Of a DNA stretch of 64,000 nucleotides, positions 62,370-64,000 are shown piece after piece. The notes beneath the pieces are model-generated. The model was not told where the DNA came from, searched no databases, and saw only the letters and a list, made by a program, of their open reading frames with translations. How positions within the stretch are numbered: the stretch's first letter is position 1; each line of letters begins with the position of its first letter. Origin of the DNA: Rhina ancylostomus (Eukaryota); NCBI GenBank assembly GCA_030265395.1, contig JARFYF010000071.1, forward strand, positions 3,742,686 through 3,806,685, written 5' to 3'. Made by a program: the position numbers and the translations under genes.

Positions 62370-63600
62370 AGAATTTGGAAGGAGTGGCATGTTTGTGCGA
62401 GACCTTTTGGTGTCAGCTCGATGTTGTGTACTCTAGTTTAGTCTGAGACAATGCAATGGAATCAATAACAAGTAAAGCAGTTTGTGGCCTGGCTGAAGAT
62501 AATGGCTTTGTTGTTCTTTGTTTAGCAGGAGAAATGCTAGGCTAGAAGTTGAAAAAAAAAGGTCTAAAATCTAGTAAAGAGATTGAGAGATATTGTGGAG
62601 GGGTAGAGCTGGATGCCACATTTATGTCTATGGAACCCAACCTCCTTGACTTTTGATTATGCCATTGAGGAGAGGAACTGGATGAGAAAGAGAAGGTGTC
62701 AGTTTATATTTTTTCAGGATCTCTCGAGCCAACATATTTTTGGTATGTTGTTTGCCAGCCACTGCATTGGAAAGAGCTCTAATGAATCCAACAGCCAGGG
62801 TGAGGGGGAGACAGTGGAGAAACCATTACTGGAGATGACTTAATTATAATCAAATAGCTAGGAGTGAAATTGAGAGGCAGGCCAATGCTTTAGAAATAAG
62901 AGGAGTTTTGCAGGAGAATGATGTAGTCACCACTTTCATAGGCTATAGAAATAGTGAGAAGGATGATGTTGGGTAATGAACCATGGTCCAACTTGTTGAG
63001 GAGGACATGTGACCTTCAGTGGATGCAGAAGGGGCAGAGCCTGAATTAGAAAAATTCAGTAAGTTACTTGTGGGACAGATGAATCCAAATTTGGAAGGGG
63101 AATGATAGATAGCTTTTTTAAGGGCAGGGGGTGGGGGAAGAGAGTGTAATTAAAAAGCAGTTTTGATGGGGATGGGGGAAGGAAAGCATTTGTTAGTTAT
63201 TAATAATGTTAGGAAGATAAGTTCTTCATTCAACAGTTTAGTAGGAATATTGTTAGTGAGTTGCAGGTGGATTGTAATGAATGACTATGGAAAAAGCTTT
63301 TGCGCAAATGTTAGAGAATTTATTGGAGACAAAAGCAGTTTAGGAAAAATGTTATTTTTTTGGAGGGGAGAGGTGGAATGTATTGATTGCTGGACAGTAA
63401 TAAGGTAGTAAAGTGAAAGAGGCCTTTGGTCTTGATCTTAGTAACATATGAGTGCCTCATATTTATTTAAGGAGATGCTTGGTGGTGGAGAACAGAAACA
63501 GTGGCTCTTTTTTCTCTCCTGGTAGATTGGTTTTGATGAAGGATACTTGAGGTCCGTTTTATTGGTGTAATCCAGCTAGATTTGGTGATTGGTGGAAAAA
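62370..63600 (-). mobile_element. Old L2-type LINE fragment
   Basis: Purine-rich plus strand with blocks similar in character to 13960-14350 and 11430-11860; no intact ORF. Confidence 0.4.
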
Positions 63601-64000
63601 AAAACAGACATGTGCCTTATACACTGAATTATGCACTGAGACTTCAGAGAGTGAAGATGTGAATGTCAGGGTGATGACCAATTAGGTGATGATTTATAAC
63701 TTAGTGGGACAAGACTGCCAAAGGAGTGGGTAAGTTTTAAAAATGATGGCTGCAGAATTATCACATGTTCAGAATTTGTGAAACAATGGGAACCATCAGG
63801 GCAGCTTTGCATTTTGAATTTACTTTCCACAATGTCTATCTTTGTGGTGGTATTAAGGAAGACCCAGGCAGTTGTGAACAGGGAAGTTAGGCGAACAAGG
63901 TAGCTTTGTAGCTTTTTGTAAGTCCATTTATCCTTCTTCCTTTTTGATAAGTCTGGATAAGTTGTCTTATACCAGCACAAAGATAAAGAAATTGTGAAAG

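Noticed and set aside
1-64000. CRISPR arrays, rRNA genes, operon-type systems
   Set aside because: None seen; the sequence is vertebrate non-coding DNA with no regularly spaced repeat-spacer structure.

Overview
AT-rich vertebrate genomic DNA. The repeat families (CR1/HER1-type LINEs, HE1-type V-SINEs, Deu-type SINEs, Penelope, Rex1/Babar, RTE) point to a cartilaginous fish, probably a batoid (inference). I found no intact protein-coding gene; the ORF track is mostly chance ORFs or retroelement fragments. Much of the window is retroelement debris, often nested. It also holds two solo Gypsy-type LTRs with perfect 4-bp TSDs, a Tigger-like MITE and many assembly gaps. Manual translation across stops and frameshifts suggests two decayed coding relics missed by the ORF track. 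One is a family-B (adhesion/Methuselah-like) GPCR relic at about 8.8-14.9 kb, split by nested insertions. The other is an apparently intronless multi-Ig relic (V-C1-V-C, B7/tapasin-like) running into a possibly retroviral-envelope-like frame at about 56.2-58.7 kb. A repeat-poor island at about 44.7-47.9 kb has two strong minus-strand splice donors and may hold alternative first exons of a large minus-strand gene. Short hairpin Penelope derivatives carry TSDs and degenerate hammerhead-ribozyme cores. Repeat boundaries are read by eye and approximate unless a TSD is quoted; family names come from motif recall, not database searches.
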